Shown here: positions 19,397 through 27,234 of the stretch, piece by piece
Position numbering within the stretch: the stretch's first letter is position 1
How the letters are laid out: every line of letters begins with the position of its first letter
From: Candidatus Altiarchaeota archaeon
GTDB taxonomy: Archaea > SpSt-1190
NCBI GenBank assembly: GCA_030590165.1
Contig: JAUUZA010000003.1
Coordinates: 1 to 34,070, forward strand
Reading direction: 5' to 3'
DNA length: 34,070 nucleotides
Position numbers and translations under genes: made by a program
Notes under the pieces: generated by a model
Database searches by the model: none
Told to the model about the DNA's origin: nothing
The model's input: only the letters and a program-made list of their open reading frames with translations

Positions 19397-19414
19397 TGCC
19401 CCAATGGCTCAGTG
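19397..19414 (+). repeat. exact 18-bp duplicate of the tRNA-Thr 5' end
   Basis: TGCCCCAATGGCTCAGTG at 19397-19414 and 19473-19490. Confidence 0.95.
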
Positions 19415-19472
19415 CAACCGAAACATCGGTTGACGCTGTAAGATGTCTCGCTTCGCTCGAGCATCTGGAGTG
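19415..19472. repeat. 58-nt double-hairpin insert between the direct repeats
   Basis: CAACCGA-AACA-TCGGTTG and AGATG-T-CTCG-CTTCGCT-CGAG-CATCT. Confidence 0.75.
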
Positions 19473-19473
19473 T

Positions 19474-19545
19474 GCCCCAATGGCTCAGTGGTAGAGCGAC
19501 TGCTTCGTAAGCAGTAGGTCCCGAGTTCGACTCTCGGTTGGGGCT
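19474..19545 (+). tRNA. tRNA-Thr(CGT)
   Basis: GCCCCAA/TTGGGGC, ACTGC-TTCGTAA-GCAGT, AGTTCGACT. Confidence 0.95.
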
Positions 19546-19556
19546 TAAAGCAAAGA

Positions 19557-19829
19557 TTATTGTTTTTTGTCCCAGAATGCGTGTGCATCATCTTCCATTT
19601 TATCAAGTCGGGTATAGTAGTCAGGGAACTCGAGAAGATGAGCTAATGCAATTTTTCCAGTTAAAAGTGGGTCGTCATTTGTTACATTAGTTATTGGTGT
19701 TTCAGTTCCGTGTTCAAGTTCAACATCCATCCCACGTCTAAATTGTTCAACATCAAATTTGTCCCATTTAATTTCAAGTTTTTCCCCAATATTTTTAGCG
19801 TCTTCAATTGTAAATGTTTGTTTTGTCAT
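19557..19829 (-). CDS. DUF5661 family protein
   Basis: FDVEQFRRGMDVELEHG…TNDDPLLTGKIALAHLLEFPDYYTRL; ATG at 19829 or 19835. Confidence 0.85.
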   Translation of the reverse strand: MTKQTFTIEDAKNIGEKLEIKWDKFDVEQFRRGMDVELEHGTETPITNVTNDDPLLTGKIALAHLLEFPDYYTRLDKMEDDAHAFWDKKQ

Positions 19830-19926
19830 AAACATCTAAGTTCTTTGAGTTTAAAGAAATTAGTTTTGAGGGAAAAAAATAAATTTTGATTACGAATTTA
19901 TGAGTGTAATTTAGAGATTTAATAAT

Positions 19927-19978
19927 GAGAAACTGTTTTGTAAGAAGAAGGTTTCGAGTTTGACTCTTGGTTGGGGCT
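19927..19978 (+). pseudogene. decayed copy of the 3' 52 nt of tRNA-Thr (att-like scar / tRNA pseudogene)
   Basis: Ungapped alignment to 19494-19545 gives 42/52 identity by manual count; ends TTGGGGCT. Confidence 0.85.
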
Positions 19979-20071
19979 AAATTTTTTTCTCAAAAATTTA
20001 TAGGACGCCCCACTAAACACCTTGACCAAAAATTATACTGGTTCACCCTCGGTTCACCAGCATTCCAATAT

Positions 20072-20111
20072 AAATAAAAAAAAGAAAAAACTACCTTAAA
20101 AAGGTAGTTTT
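20072..20111 (-). terminator. hairpin plus U-tract terminator
   Basis: AAAACTACCTT (20087-20097) / AAGGTAGTTTT (20101-20111) spans the peptide stop codon and is followed on the minus strand by a long T-run. Confidence 0.75.
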
Positions 20112-20227
20112 CCTTCTTTATACAACCACCAGAGGCCTCCTCCTACAATTGCTAATACTACTACAACGATTCCTCCTATAAATAGTGGGCTTGTTGTAAA
20201 TGTTGATATTATTTCTGCTATTGCCAT
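20096..20227 (-). CDS. unannotated 43-aa hydrophobic peptide (single-pass microprotein or RiPP precursor candidate)
   Basis: MAIAEIISTFTTSPLFIGGIVVVVLAIVGGGLWWLYKEGKLPF*. Strong SD GGAGGTGA upstream; starts 20 nt after the radical SAM stop; below the ORF-track size cutoff. Confidence 0.8.
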   Translation of the reverse strand: MAIAEIISTFTTSPLFIGGIVVVVLAIVGGGLWWLYKEGKLPF

Positions 20228-20247
20228 TTTTCATTCACCTCCTTTTT

Positions 20248-21672
20248 TTATTTTTTTTCATATTCCTTTTTCCAATAAGGATCAGTAATTCTTTTCAGTT
20301 CTTCGTCAAATTCTATTAAAGTTTTATGATATCCTTCATCTTTCATTGCTTCTTCAGCAGATTTATCTTGAGGTAAAACTTTACTTGCTATTGCTATGTC
20401 CATGAATGTTTGGTGGTGATCTCTGATAAAACAAGGTCTTAGCATATTCCCGAGTTTTCCATTCTGATTAAAATATTTTTTTTGCCATTCTCTACCCTTA
20501 ACAAAAAAATCTGAAAACAAAGCATCTGAAATTTTTTTGCCTTCAGAAAACAATTGTTTAACATTATGTTTGTAATAGGGAATAAAAACACAAGGCATTA
20601 TATTTCCATTCCAATCTATGTAGAAATAACCTCCAGATTTTCCACAAGACATACAGCCCTTTGAAAGTATTGCACTATTCCAGAAATCAGCAACAAACCA
20701 TTGTTTTTCACTAAGAATATATTTCCATTTTTTGAATAATTTAAATCGTTGTTCAGGACTAATCATAAGTTCTGTCGTAAATTTTCTCCCTATTGGCATG
20801 TATTGAAATATCCACATATAAGTGGCTCCTAATTTTTCAAAATAGTGGTCATAAAATTTATCTGTTAGTAACACATCAATGTTCTTTTTTGTTGCTGTTA
20901 CAGATACGCCGAATAGAACACCTTCTTCTCTTAAATTTTTCATTGCTCTTAAAATTCCTTTGTAAACTCCTTTACCCCTCCTATAATCAGTCTCATTCTC
21001 AAAACCCTCTACGGATATTGAAGGAGTTATGTTTCCCAGTTCTGCAATTTCTTTAGCAATATCGGGAGTAATCAAAGTTCCATTGGTATATATCAAGAAA
21101 AAACTATCTTTCCATTTTCTTGGTAAGTCCAATATGGATTTTCCCTCGCTCTTATACATCAAGGGTTCTCCTCCCGAAATCACAAAAAATCTCATACCCA
21201 TTTCATCGTGTAATTCGGTCATTGTTTTATCAAGAATGGACCAATCAAGTGTTTCAGCCGTTGTTGAAGTTGAAGAGGCATAACAACCTATGCAGTTAAG
21301 ATTACATTTTTTTGTTGGACTTATTGTAACAAAACCAGGGGGTGTCATATCGTATTTTTCTTTGAATGTCAATATCGCTTCTTTTTTATGATCATCTTGA
21401 AAAAATCCCTGCTCCACTAAAGTTTCAACAAGTCTCTTTGCATATTTTTTTGAAATAATACCTCTATCGAGATTTTTAAGAACCGAAAGATACATAGCCC
21501 TCAAACCATTAAATTTATCTATCTGGGCATTTCTTGAAAACAGAGGAATATCTTTTTCAACCATATTTTTATAAAGTGTTTTCTCAAATTTCTTGGATAA
21601 CACTTTCCTCATCAATTTATTACCTACAACAACCTTTCCAAAGTTTGAAATCATTTTTTTTTCTAAATTCAT
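20248..21672 (-). CDS. radical SAM protein with C-terminal SPASM/twitch-like domain
   Basis: CNLNCIGC, ISGGEP, YTNGT, GCMSCG…GNIMPCVF and LRPC. Confidence 0.93.
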   Translation of the reverse strand: MNLEKKMISNFGKVVVGNKLMRKVLSKKFEKTLYKNMVEKDIPLFSRNAQIDKFNGLRAMYLSVLKNLDRGIISKKYAKRLVETLVEQGFFQDDHKKEAILTFKEKYDMTPPGFVTISPTKKCNLNCIGCYASSTSTTAETLDWSILDKTMTELHDEMGMRFFVISGGEPLMYKSEGKSILDLPRKWKDSFFLIYTNGTLITPDIAKEIAELGNITPSISVEGFENETDYRRGKGVYKGILRAMKNLREEGVLFGVSVTATKKNIDVLLTDKFYDHYFEKLGATYMWIFQYMPIGRKFTTELMISPEQRFKLFKKWKYILSEKQWFVADFWNSAILSKGCMSCGKSGGYFYIDWNGNIMPCVFIPYYKHNVKQLFSEGKKISDALFSDFFVKGREWQKKYFNQNGKLGNMLRPCFIRDHHQTFMDIAIASKVLPQDKSAEEAMKDEGYHKTLIEFDEELKRITDPYWKKEYEKK

Positions 21673-21693
21673 ATTCTTACATCCCTTAACTCA

Positions 21694-21711
21694 TTTCAGT
21701 TTTTTGTGAAA
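21694..21711. promoter_or_regulatory. putative operator (imperfect copy)
   Basis: TTTCAGT-TTTT-TGTGAAA, 16/18 identical to the palindrome at 22232-22249; lies upstream of the radical SAM start. Confidence 0.7.
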
Positions 21712-21733
21712 TTGTAAAACAAAAAAAAACAAA

Positions 21734-22228
21734 TTATCCCAAAATCCTCCCAATTTTATCAATTGAAATCTTTTTCAGAAAAATTGTTTTTTCAAACCAA
21801 CTAAGGTAAGTTTCCAACTGCTTATAGTCTTTTATTAAATTTGATATTTTTGGATTATTATTAAACTTTTTAAGATGTTCTAAATCTTTAATTAGGGGTT
21901 GAATATCATTTTGTAAAAATCTTTTAATTATTACATTGAAAGCCTCAACAAAAGATAATACTTGTGTGTATAATTTTTTTTTGTTTTCTTTTCTGACAAG
22001 TTTAATCATATTTAAATTCTCAAGAAGTTTTAAACTTGGGCTGACTAAACTTAAACTGTATCCAGTTTTCTTTGCTATTTCTTTCTGAGAAAGGGGGGGC
22101 TCCGATAATAAAAGTGTTGCCCAGACTCTACCGGCCGGTCCACCTAAACCCCATCGCTTTGCGAGGTTTCCCGTTTCATCAATGAAGTTTTTCTCTTTTT
22201 TGATTATATTGTTTTTCATTTTTTTCAC
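21734..22228 (-). CDS. GbsR/MarR-family winged-helix transcriptional regulator
   Basis: FIDETGNLAKRWGL…GRVWATLLLSEPPLSQKEIAKKTGYSLSLVSPSLKLL; start GTG 22228 or ATG 22219. Confidence 0.88.
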   Translation of the reverse strand: MKKMKNNIIKKEKNFIDETGNLAKRWGLGGPAGRVWATLLLSEPPLSQKEIAKKTGYSLSLVSPSLKLLENLNMIKLVRKENKKKLYTQVLSFVEAFNVIIKRFLQNDIQPLIKDLEHLKKFNNNPKISNLIKDYKQLETYLSWFEKTIFLKKISIDKIGRILG

Positions 22229-22231
22229 AAC

Positions 22232-22249
22232 TTTCAGTTTTTACTGAAA
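22232..22249. promoter_or_regulatory. putative autoregulatory operator
   Basis: Perfect palindrome TTTCAGT-TTTT-ACTGAAA between a minus-strand TATA (TTTTAAAT, 22265-22272) and the regulator start. Confidence 0.75.
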
Positions 22250-22413
22250 ATAGGACACAACCATATTTAAAAGGTTTTACTTTTTTGAATTGAATCAAGT
22301 TTCACAGAATTCTTTGTTTTTCGTTTACAATAATTGATACAAAAACGAAAGTTTGAATTTATATCTGTTGCTATGTCATTACTTTCATCAAAAAAGTTCG
22401 AAGCCTAAAATTC

Positions 22414-23052
22414 TTACTTCGTTTTAAAATATAAATAAGCCCCACCATAACAACATTTCCTTTTAAAATTCATTTTTCTTAAGTTTATTTCTTTTTTAGA
22501 AGTATCCTGATCTTGATATGTATAAAAAATTAATTTACCGCCTTTTTCTAGGGATTGCCACAATTTATTATAATTTTTTTCATTAAAAAAAAGTGCAGCT
22601 AACATAATATATTTGAATTTTGCATTAAATGGAAGATCTTCTCCGTTACGATATAAAAATTTTTTGAAGTTTCCTTTGAACTTTGGAAAAATTATTTCTT
22701 TTGCATTTCTAATTTTTGTAGCATCAAAATCTATTCCAAAGGGTTCTAATTTGTATTCTGAATTTATCACAATAAATTTTAATGAGAGCCCATTTGAACT
22801 TCCAATATCAAGAATTTTTCCGGGTGAATCAATTAGTGAAATAAGCTCACTAAACTTTAATGGAAAGGTGAAGGAAGAACCACCAACTCCATTTTCTTTT
22901 ATGAGATGTTTTTTATCAATTATTAAATCGATAACTTCAATCATCCAAGTTTTAAGATAATTTATGAGTCTAGGAGTAAATTCTTGGTGTAATCCATGTT
23001 TTAATCCTTGAGCCTCAAAAATTGGTTCATTCATAACAAGCCAAGGGTGCAC
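22414..23052 (-). CDS. class I SAM-dependent methyltransferase-like protein
   Basis: ILDIGSSNG, FGIDFD and LEKGGKLIF. Confidence 0.75.
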   Translation of the reverse strand: MHPWLVMNEPIFEAQGLKHGLHQEFTPRLINYLKTWMIEVIDLIIDKKHLIKENGVGGSSFTFPLKFSELISLIDSPGKILDIGSSNGLSLKFIVINSEYKLEPFGIDFDATKIRNAKEIIFPKFKGNFKKFLYRNGEDLPFNAKFKYIMLAALFFNEKNYNKLWQSLEKGGKLIFYTYQDQDTSKKEINLRKMNFKRKCCYGGAYLYFKTK

Positions 23053-23073
23053 TCAATTAATTGGCGTTTAAAT

Positions 23074-23313
23074 TTAAAGCATTAAAGGTTTTATCTTTTT
23101 ACGAATATTAGATTTCTTGTTTAAACAAGAATGAGATAGAAAACACGATTTACAATCTTTGGTTTGGAGAGGACGAAAGATTAATTTTCCTTTTTGAGAA
23201 AGTAAGACAAGTGCTTCTCTTACAACTTCTACAGATGCGTCAAGTTCCCTCGCCAGTTCTGTTAATGAAGAAATTTGGTTTTCATTTACCTTTTCAATTA
23301 GTTGAAATAACAT
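23074..23313 (-). CDS. feoC: FeoC-like winged-helix protein with Cys cluster
   Basis: True start ATG 23313 (MLFQLIEK…), 8 nt after the feoB stop. SLTELARELDASVEVVREAL and CKSCFLSHSC. Confidence 0.8.
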   Translation of the reverse strand: MLFQLIEKVNENQISSLTELARELDASVEVVREALVLLSQKGKLIFRPLQTKDCKSCFLSHSCLNKKSNIRKKIKPLML

Positions 23314-23321
23314 AATATCAC

Positions 23322-25256
23322 TTAAATTAACAAACTCCCAATCACTTTTACAGTTAGAGCCATGGCATAAGCAAGGATGAATGAATATAAGACTGAAAAT
23401 CCTGTCCATTTCCACGAACCAGTTTCCTTACGTATAATTCCTAATACTGCTAGGCAAGGAGTATAAATTAAGACAAAGACCATGAAAGCGTATGCCGTGA
23501 CGGTACTCATTGATTGAGTAAGTAATGTGCTTAGATTTGCCTCACCAACACCATATAATGTTCCAAAAGTTCCAACTACCATGTCCTTGGCGAGGAAGCC
23601 TGCAATAAGAGCAACATTAAATTTCCAATCGAAACCGAGAGGTTTGAAGATTGGTTCAAGTAATTTTCCAATTTGAGCTGAGTATGATTGTTCTAAACTT
23701 ACTCCCCAAGGATGTGTGTTGAGAAACCAAATCAACATTATTCCCATAAGTAATAGAGTTGATGCCTTCTTTAGAAATTCTGCAACTTGTTGCCAAGTTT
23801 CTAAAAGAACATTTTGAATTTTAGGTAATTGATAATCTGGAAGTTCAAGGACGAAAGGGTCGGGCTCACCTTTGAATATTGTCCTTCGGAAGACGAAGGC
23901 CATACCAAATGCGAGAAGGGCACCGAGTAGATAAAGTGACAAAATTACTAGACCTTCCGAATTTGGAAAGAAAGCACCAGCAAATAGCATATAAACAGGA
24001 AGTCTTGCACTGCATGAAATAAGTGGGTTTATGAGTATAGTTATTAAACGATCTTTTTTATTTTCAATACTTCTGGCTGTCATAATTGCAGGTACATTAC
24101 AACCAAGACCCATAATCATAGGTATAAAGGAACCGCCATGAAGTCCAACCTTTGCCATGAATTTATCCATGAAAAAAGCGGCTCGAGGAAGATAACCACT
24201 ACCTTCAAGCCAAGATATGGCAAAAAACATGAAGGCAATTGGTGGAACAAAGATGAGTACAAAACCTAGACCTCCAATAATTCCTTCTATGATGAGTGAA
24301 TTAAACCAAGGAGACGTGATGTATGTTCCTAACCATGAACCAAAATTAGCAAAGAAGGCATCGATTAAGTCCATAAAAGGCGCTGATAAAGTAAAAGAAA
24401 AGTGGAAGGTTGCCCAGAGTGCTAATAAGAATAAAGGAAGGGCGAGAAAACGATTCAAAACTATGGAATCAATTTTTTCTGAAATTGTTGATTTCAAATA
24501 TCCCTTATTAAAAACTTGAGATATAATATTTGAGATTTGATTATACCTTGCATCAGGAACTAGTAGTTCTTTATGTTTTGGAATGTCTTCAGAAACTTTA
24601 TCTAAAACTTTTTGTGCCGCAGATGAAGGTTTTGAACCATTAATCAAGACTTCATTTTCAAGAAGGTAAAATATTTCTTGGCGCTGTGTTTTTTTTGGAA
24701 GAACCTTTGTCAAACTTTTTGTATATTTTTCAAGTGAAGGATATTCTAACAATTTTGGTTTTTTTGGATTTTTAATATTTGTAATAATTTCATCTTTGAG
24801 TTTTTCAATTCCAGTATTGTTAGTAGCTATTGTTTCAATTACAGGAACACCAAGAATTTCCGAAAGTTTTTTGATGTCGATGTTCATATGTTTAGATTTA
24901 GCGAGGTCCATTTTGTTAAGCACAAGAATTAAGGGAATTTCTAATTCAATTAATTGTAATGTTAAATTAAGGTTTCGCAAGAGATTTGATGAATCAAGAA
25001 TGTCAATAACCAAATCAGGTTTATTCTCAATAATGAAATTGCGAGAAATTCTTGAATCTATTGCTTCGGATGACAAGGCATATGTCCCTGGTAAATCAAC
25101 AACCTTAATTTGTAGGTCATTGTGAATAAGTTTTCCTTCCTTTTTTTCTATAGTGACTCCCGGCCAGTTAGCAACACGTTGTTTGAGACCAGTAAGCAAA
25201 TTGAATATTACTGTCTTACCGACATTAGGATTTCCAATGACTGCAACAGTTTTCAT
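23322..25256 (-). CDS. feoB: ferrous iron transporter FeoB
   Basis: GNPNVGKT, NWPGVT, DLPGTY, NKMD; gate motifs GLGCNVPA, SCSARLP and YTPC. Confidence 0.98.
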   Translation of the reverse strand: MKTVAVIGNPNVGKTVIFNLLTGLKQRVANWPGVTIEKKEGKLIHNDLQIKVVDLPGTYALSSEAIDSRISRNFIIENKPDLVIDILDSSNLLRNLNLTLQLIELEIPLILVLNKMDLAKSKHMNIDIKKLSEILGVPVIETIATNNTGIEKLKDEIITNIKNPKKPKLLEYPSLEKYTKSLTKVLPKKTQRQEIFYLLENEVLINGSKPSSAAQKVLDKVSEDIPKHKELLVPDARYNQISNIISQVFNKGYLKSTISEKIDSIVLNRFLALPLFLLALWATFHFSFTLSAPFMDLIDAFFANFGSWLGTYITSPWFNSLIIEGIIGGLGFVLIFVPPIAFMFFAISWLEGSGYLPRAAFFMDKFMAKVGLHGGSFIPMIMGLGCNVPAIMTARSIENKKDRLITILINPLISCSARLPVYMLFAGAFFPNSEGLVILSLYLLGALLAFGMAFVFRRTIFKGEPDPFVLELPDYQLPKIQNVLLETWQQVAEFLKKASTLLLMGIMLIWFLNTHPWGVSLEQSYSAQIGKLLEPIFKPLGFDWKFNVALIAGFLAKDMVVGTFGTLYGVGEANLSTLLTQSMSTVTAYAFMVFVLIYTPCLAVLGIIRKETGSWKWTGFSVLYSFILAYAMALTVKVIGSLLI

Positions 25257-25564
25257 TTTTTGATAATCTCCTTTTCTTTGTTAATTGGTTCAACAATAAT
25301 TTTGCTTATGGATCGTCTTCCCATTCCGAGTTTACAATCTCCTACCTGAACCATACTATGGTGACCAAAATTTTGAATTTTTTTTATGATGGCGCCCCTA
25401 TAACACCCCATGTTATTAATGTGTCTTGTAAAATGACCGCAACCAGAGAAACCAACAATTTTTGCTTCTTGTCCAATTGGAAGTTCTGAGAGTGAAACTT
25501 CTGAAGTTTCCAAAAGTGTATGGTGTCGCATTCCCCTTCTTCGTCTACGAAATTGTTGTCTCAT
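25253..25564 (-). CDS. feoA: ferrous iron transport protein FeoA
   Basis: LSELPIGQEAKIV…MGCYRGAII…VQVGDCKLGMGR; 4-nt overlap with feoB. Confidence 0.9.
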   Translation of the reverse strand: MRQQFRRRRRGMRHHTLLETSEVSLSELPIGQEAKIVGFSGCGHFTRHINNMGCYRGAIIKKIQNFGHHSMVQVGDCKLGMGRRSISKIIVEPINKEKEIIKK

Positions 25565-25578
25565 TAGGTTAACCTAAT
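25563..25578. promoter_or_regulatory. DtxR-type operator at the feoA start
   Basis: Perfect palindrome ATTAGGTTAACCTAAT. Confidence 0.85.
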
Positions 25579-25631
25579 TTATTTTAGTAAGAAGGTAATT
25601 AAAAAGACTATCCTAAAAAAATTAGGAAATC

Positions 25632-25645
25632 TTAGGCTGACCTAA
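25632..25645. promoter_or_regulatory. DtxR-type operator over the regulator stop codon
   Basis: TTAGG-CTGA-CCTAA. Confidence 0.65.
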
Positions 25646-26057
25646 TTTTTTTGAAATCATTTTGGAGTTTTTCATAAAGTCCTTTGTCTTCAAGAAATCT
25701 TAAAAAACTTTGTAAGGCTTCAAGAGTTTCGCAACTTAGTTGGTGTTCAAGTTTACAAGAATCAAGGTGGGTGGTTTTTTCAGAAACAGACATTAGTCTG
25801 AAAAGATTTTCTAATACCTCCTGACGTTTGCGGACAAGACGAGCGGCTCTTAACCCCTTTGTGGTTAGTTTAACCCCTTCATATTGCTTGTATAAAATAA
25901 GTTTTCGTTCAGCAAGTTTATGTAACATTTCTGTGACTGAGGGTGGTTTGACTCTTAGTCTGGCGGCAAGGTCTTTTGTTCTGACATATCCCTTCTCTTG
26001 AAAAATTAATAATATAGTTTTTAGATAATCCTCGACTCGACTTGAATATTTAGGCAT
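25632..26057 (-). CDS. DtxR/MntR family metal-dependent repressor
   Basis: EDYLKTI, VRTKDLAARLRVKPPSVTEMLHKL and SCKLEHQLS. Confidence 0.95.
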   Translation of the reverse strand: MPKYSSRVEDYLKTILLIFQEKGYVRTKDLAARLRVKPPSVTEMLHKLAERKLILYKQYEGVKLTTKGLRAARLVRKRQEVLENLFRLMSVSEKTTHLDSCKLEHQLSCETLEALQSFLRFLEDKGLYEKLQNDFKKIRSA

Positions 26058-26065
26058 GCCTAAAT
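26048..26065. promoter_or_regulatory. DtxR-type operator centred on the regulator's own ATG
   Basis: Perfect 18-bp palindrome ATTTAGGCATGCCTAAAT; minus-strand TATA at about 26080-26087. Confidence 0.85.
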
Positions 26066-26125
26066 GTATGTTGGTATATTATAAAAAGTTAAGAGGTGAG
26101 ATTAATTTTTTTAATTTGTATTAGG

Positions 26126-26851
26126 TCAATCAATAAATGTAACAGGTCCTGTCCATTCGTAAGTTTCAGTCATTTGTGAAAGAAAATCTATATACTGTGA
26201 AAGCTCTTGGGCTTCACAATGTAATTCTCGTTCTAAACGAATAATTGGTTTTATCTTTTTTTCATGTAACATTTCAATTTCAGCCATATGATAAAATTGA
26301 GGAGATTCTACATCTTTCAATATTTGGAAACTATATCCATTTAATAAATTGTCAATAATTCCCTTTAGTTCATCTTGTTTTTCATCTTTTACAATATAAA
26401 CCATGGGCCAAAAAATTGCATTCGGGTCCCTTTCAAGACTATGTACGCCTCTAGTTGACACTAAGGGATAACGTGCAAAATTACTTTTTTTTACAATTAG
26501 ATTAGCCAAGTCATCTATAGTTTTTTGATAAGAATCCATAAGACCGTTGTCAAAGTGTAATCCATTGCCACTATCGCTTGCACCTGGAAAATATTCAATA
26601 TCTTCACCTTTTCGAATCTTTCTAACTTTCCAAGGCGAATTCATACCGTCACGGAATCCAACATACCCTCTTAAAGCTTCAACAGCTTGTTTATTCGCAA
26701 TTGTTTGAAATAGTACATAAGTGCTTTCTGGTGAGAAAACTTTTTGAAAAGCCTTTCGAACATCTCCCTTACCAAAATTCCAGTCTTCATGATATCTAAA
26801 TCCTCTTTTAATTTTTGGAATTTCAGTTAAACCACAAGTATCGCGCTTCAT
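26126..26851 (-). CDS. hypothetical protein
   Basis: 241-aa ORF with ATG start and upstream TATA-like sequence; no family recognised. Confidence 0.65.
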   Translation of the reverse strand: MKRDTCGLTEIPKIKRGFRYHEDWNFGKGDVRKAFQKVFSPESTYVLFQTIANKQAVEALRGYVGFRDGMNSPWKVRKIRKGEDIEYFPGASDSGNGLHFDNGLMDSYQKTIDDLANLIVKKSNFARYPLVSTRGVHSLERDPNAIFWPMVYIVKDEKQDELKGIIDNLLNGYSFQILKDVESPQFYHMAEIEMLHEKKIKPIIRLERELHCEAQELSQYIDFLSQMTETYEWTGPVTFID

Positions 26852-27000
26852 ATACCCAAAAAATCATAGATACTTATAATTATTCCTACTCTCAAGTTTT
26901 AATAAAACTAATTTTAGATTATTTTGTTGTGATTGAGTTTTTTGAAACTTTCCTTTGTTAGAGAACGAAAATTGAGAGGAGCATATATACCTTTGAAATA

Positions 27001-27195
27001 ATGAGAGTTATGAAGAAAGATATTTTATTTGTTGATTGGGCGATGCTCGCAATTTTTGGTGTATTAATTTTATCTAAAATATTGAAATTTGTCACACCAC
27101 CAATACTCCAAATGAGTTTTATGGTCCTTATTGGAATACATATATTTCAACATTGGAAAATTATTGTTGCAACAGTCAAGAGAAAAAGAAAATAA
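27001..27195 (+). CDS. small two-TM membrane protein
   Basis: Two hydrophobic helices and HIFQHWK (DUF4405-like H-x3-HW pattern). Confidence 0.6.
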   Translation: MRVMKKDILFVDWAMLAIFGVLILSKILKFVTPPILQMSFMVLIGIHIFQHWKIIVATVKRKRK

Positions 27196-27234
27196 TTACA
27201 AATAAATTCAATTTGTTTTTAATTATATGTTGAG

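Noticed and set aside
19397-19490. CRISPR mini-array or tRNA intron
   Set aside because: Only two repeats, which are tRNA sequence, and no cas genes. A complete uninterrupted tRNA exists and I saw no bulge-helix-bulge.
19979-23052. Intact integrative element or provirus downstream of tRNA-Thr
   Set aside because: No integrase, replication or virion gene, and no further att copy was seen.
23314-23415. N-terminal extension of the FeoC ORF in the track
   Set aside because: Overlaps feoB; the ATG at 23313 gives a normal-sized FeoC.
25500-25564. FeoA RRRRR N-terminus as a Tat signal
   Set aside because: No hydrophobic region follows, and FeoA is cytoplasmic.
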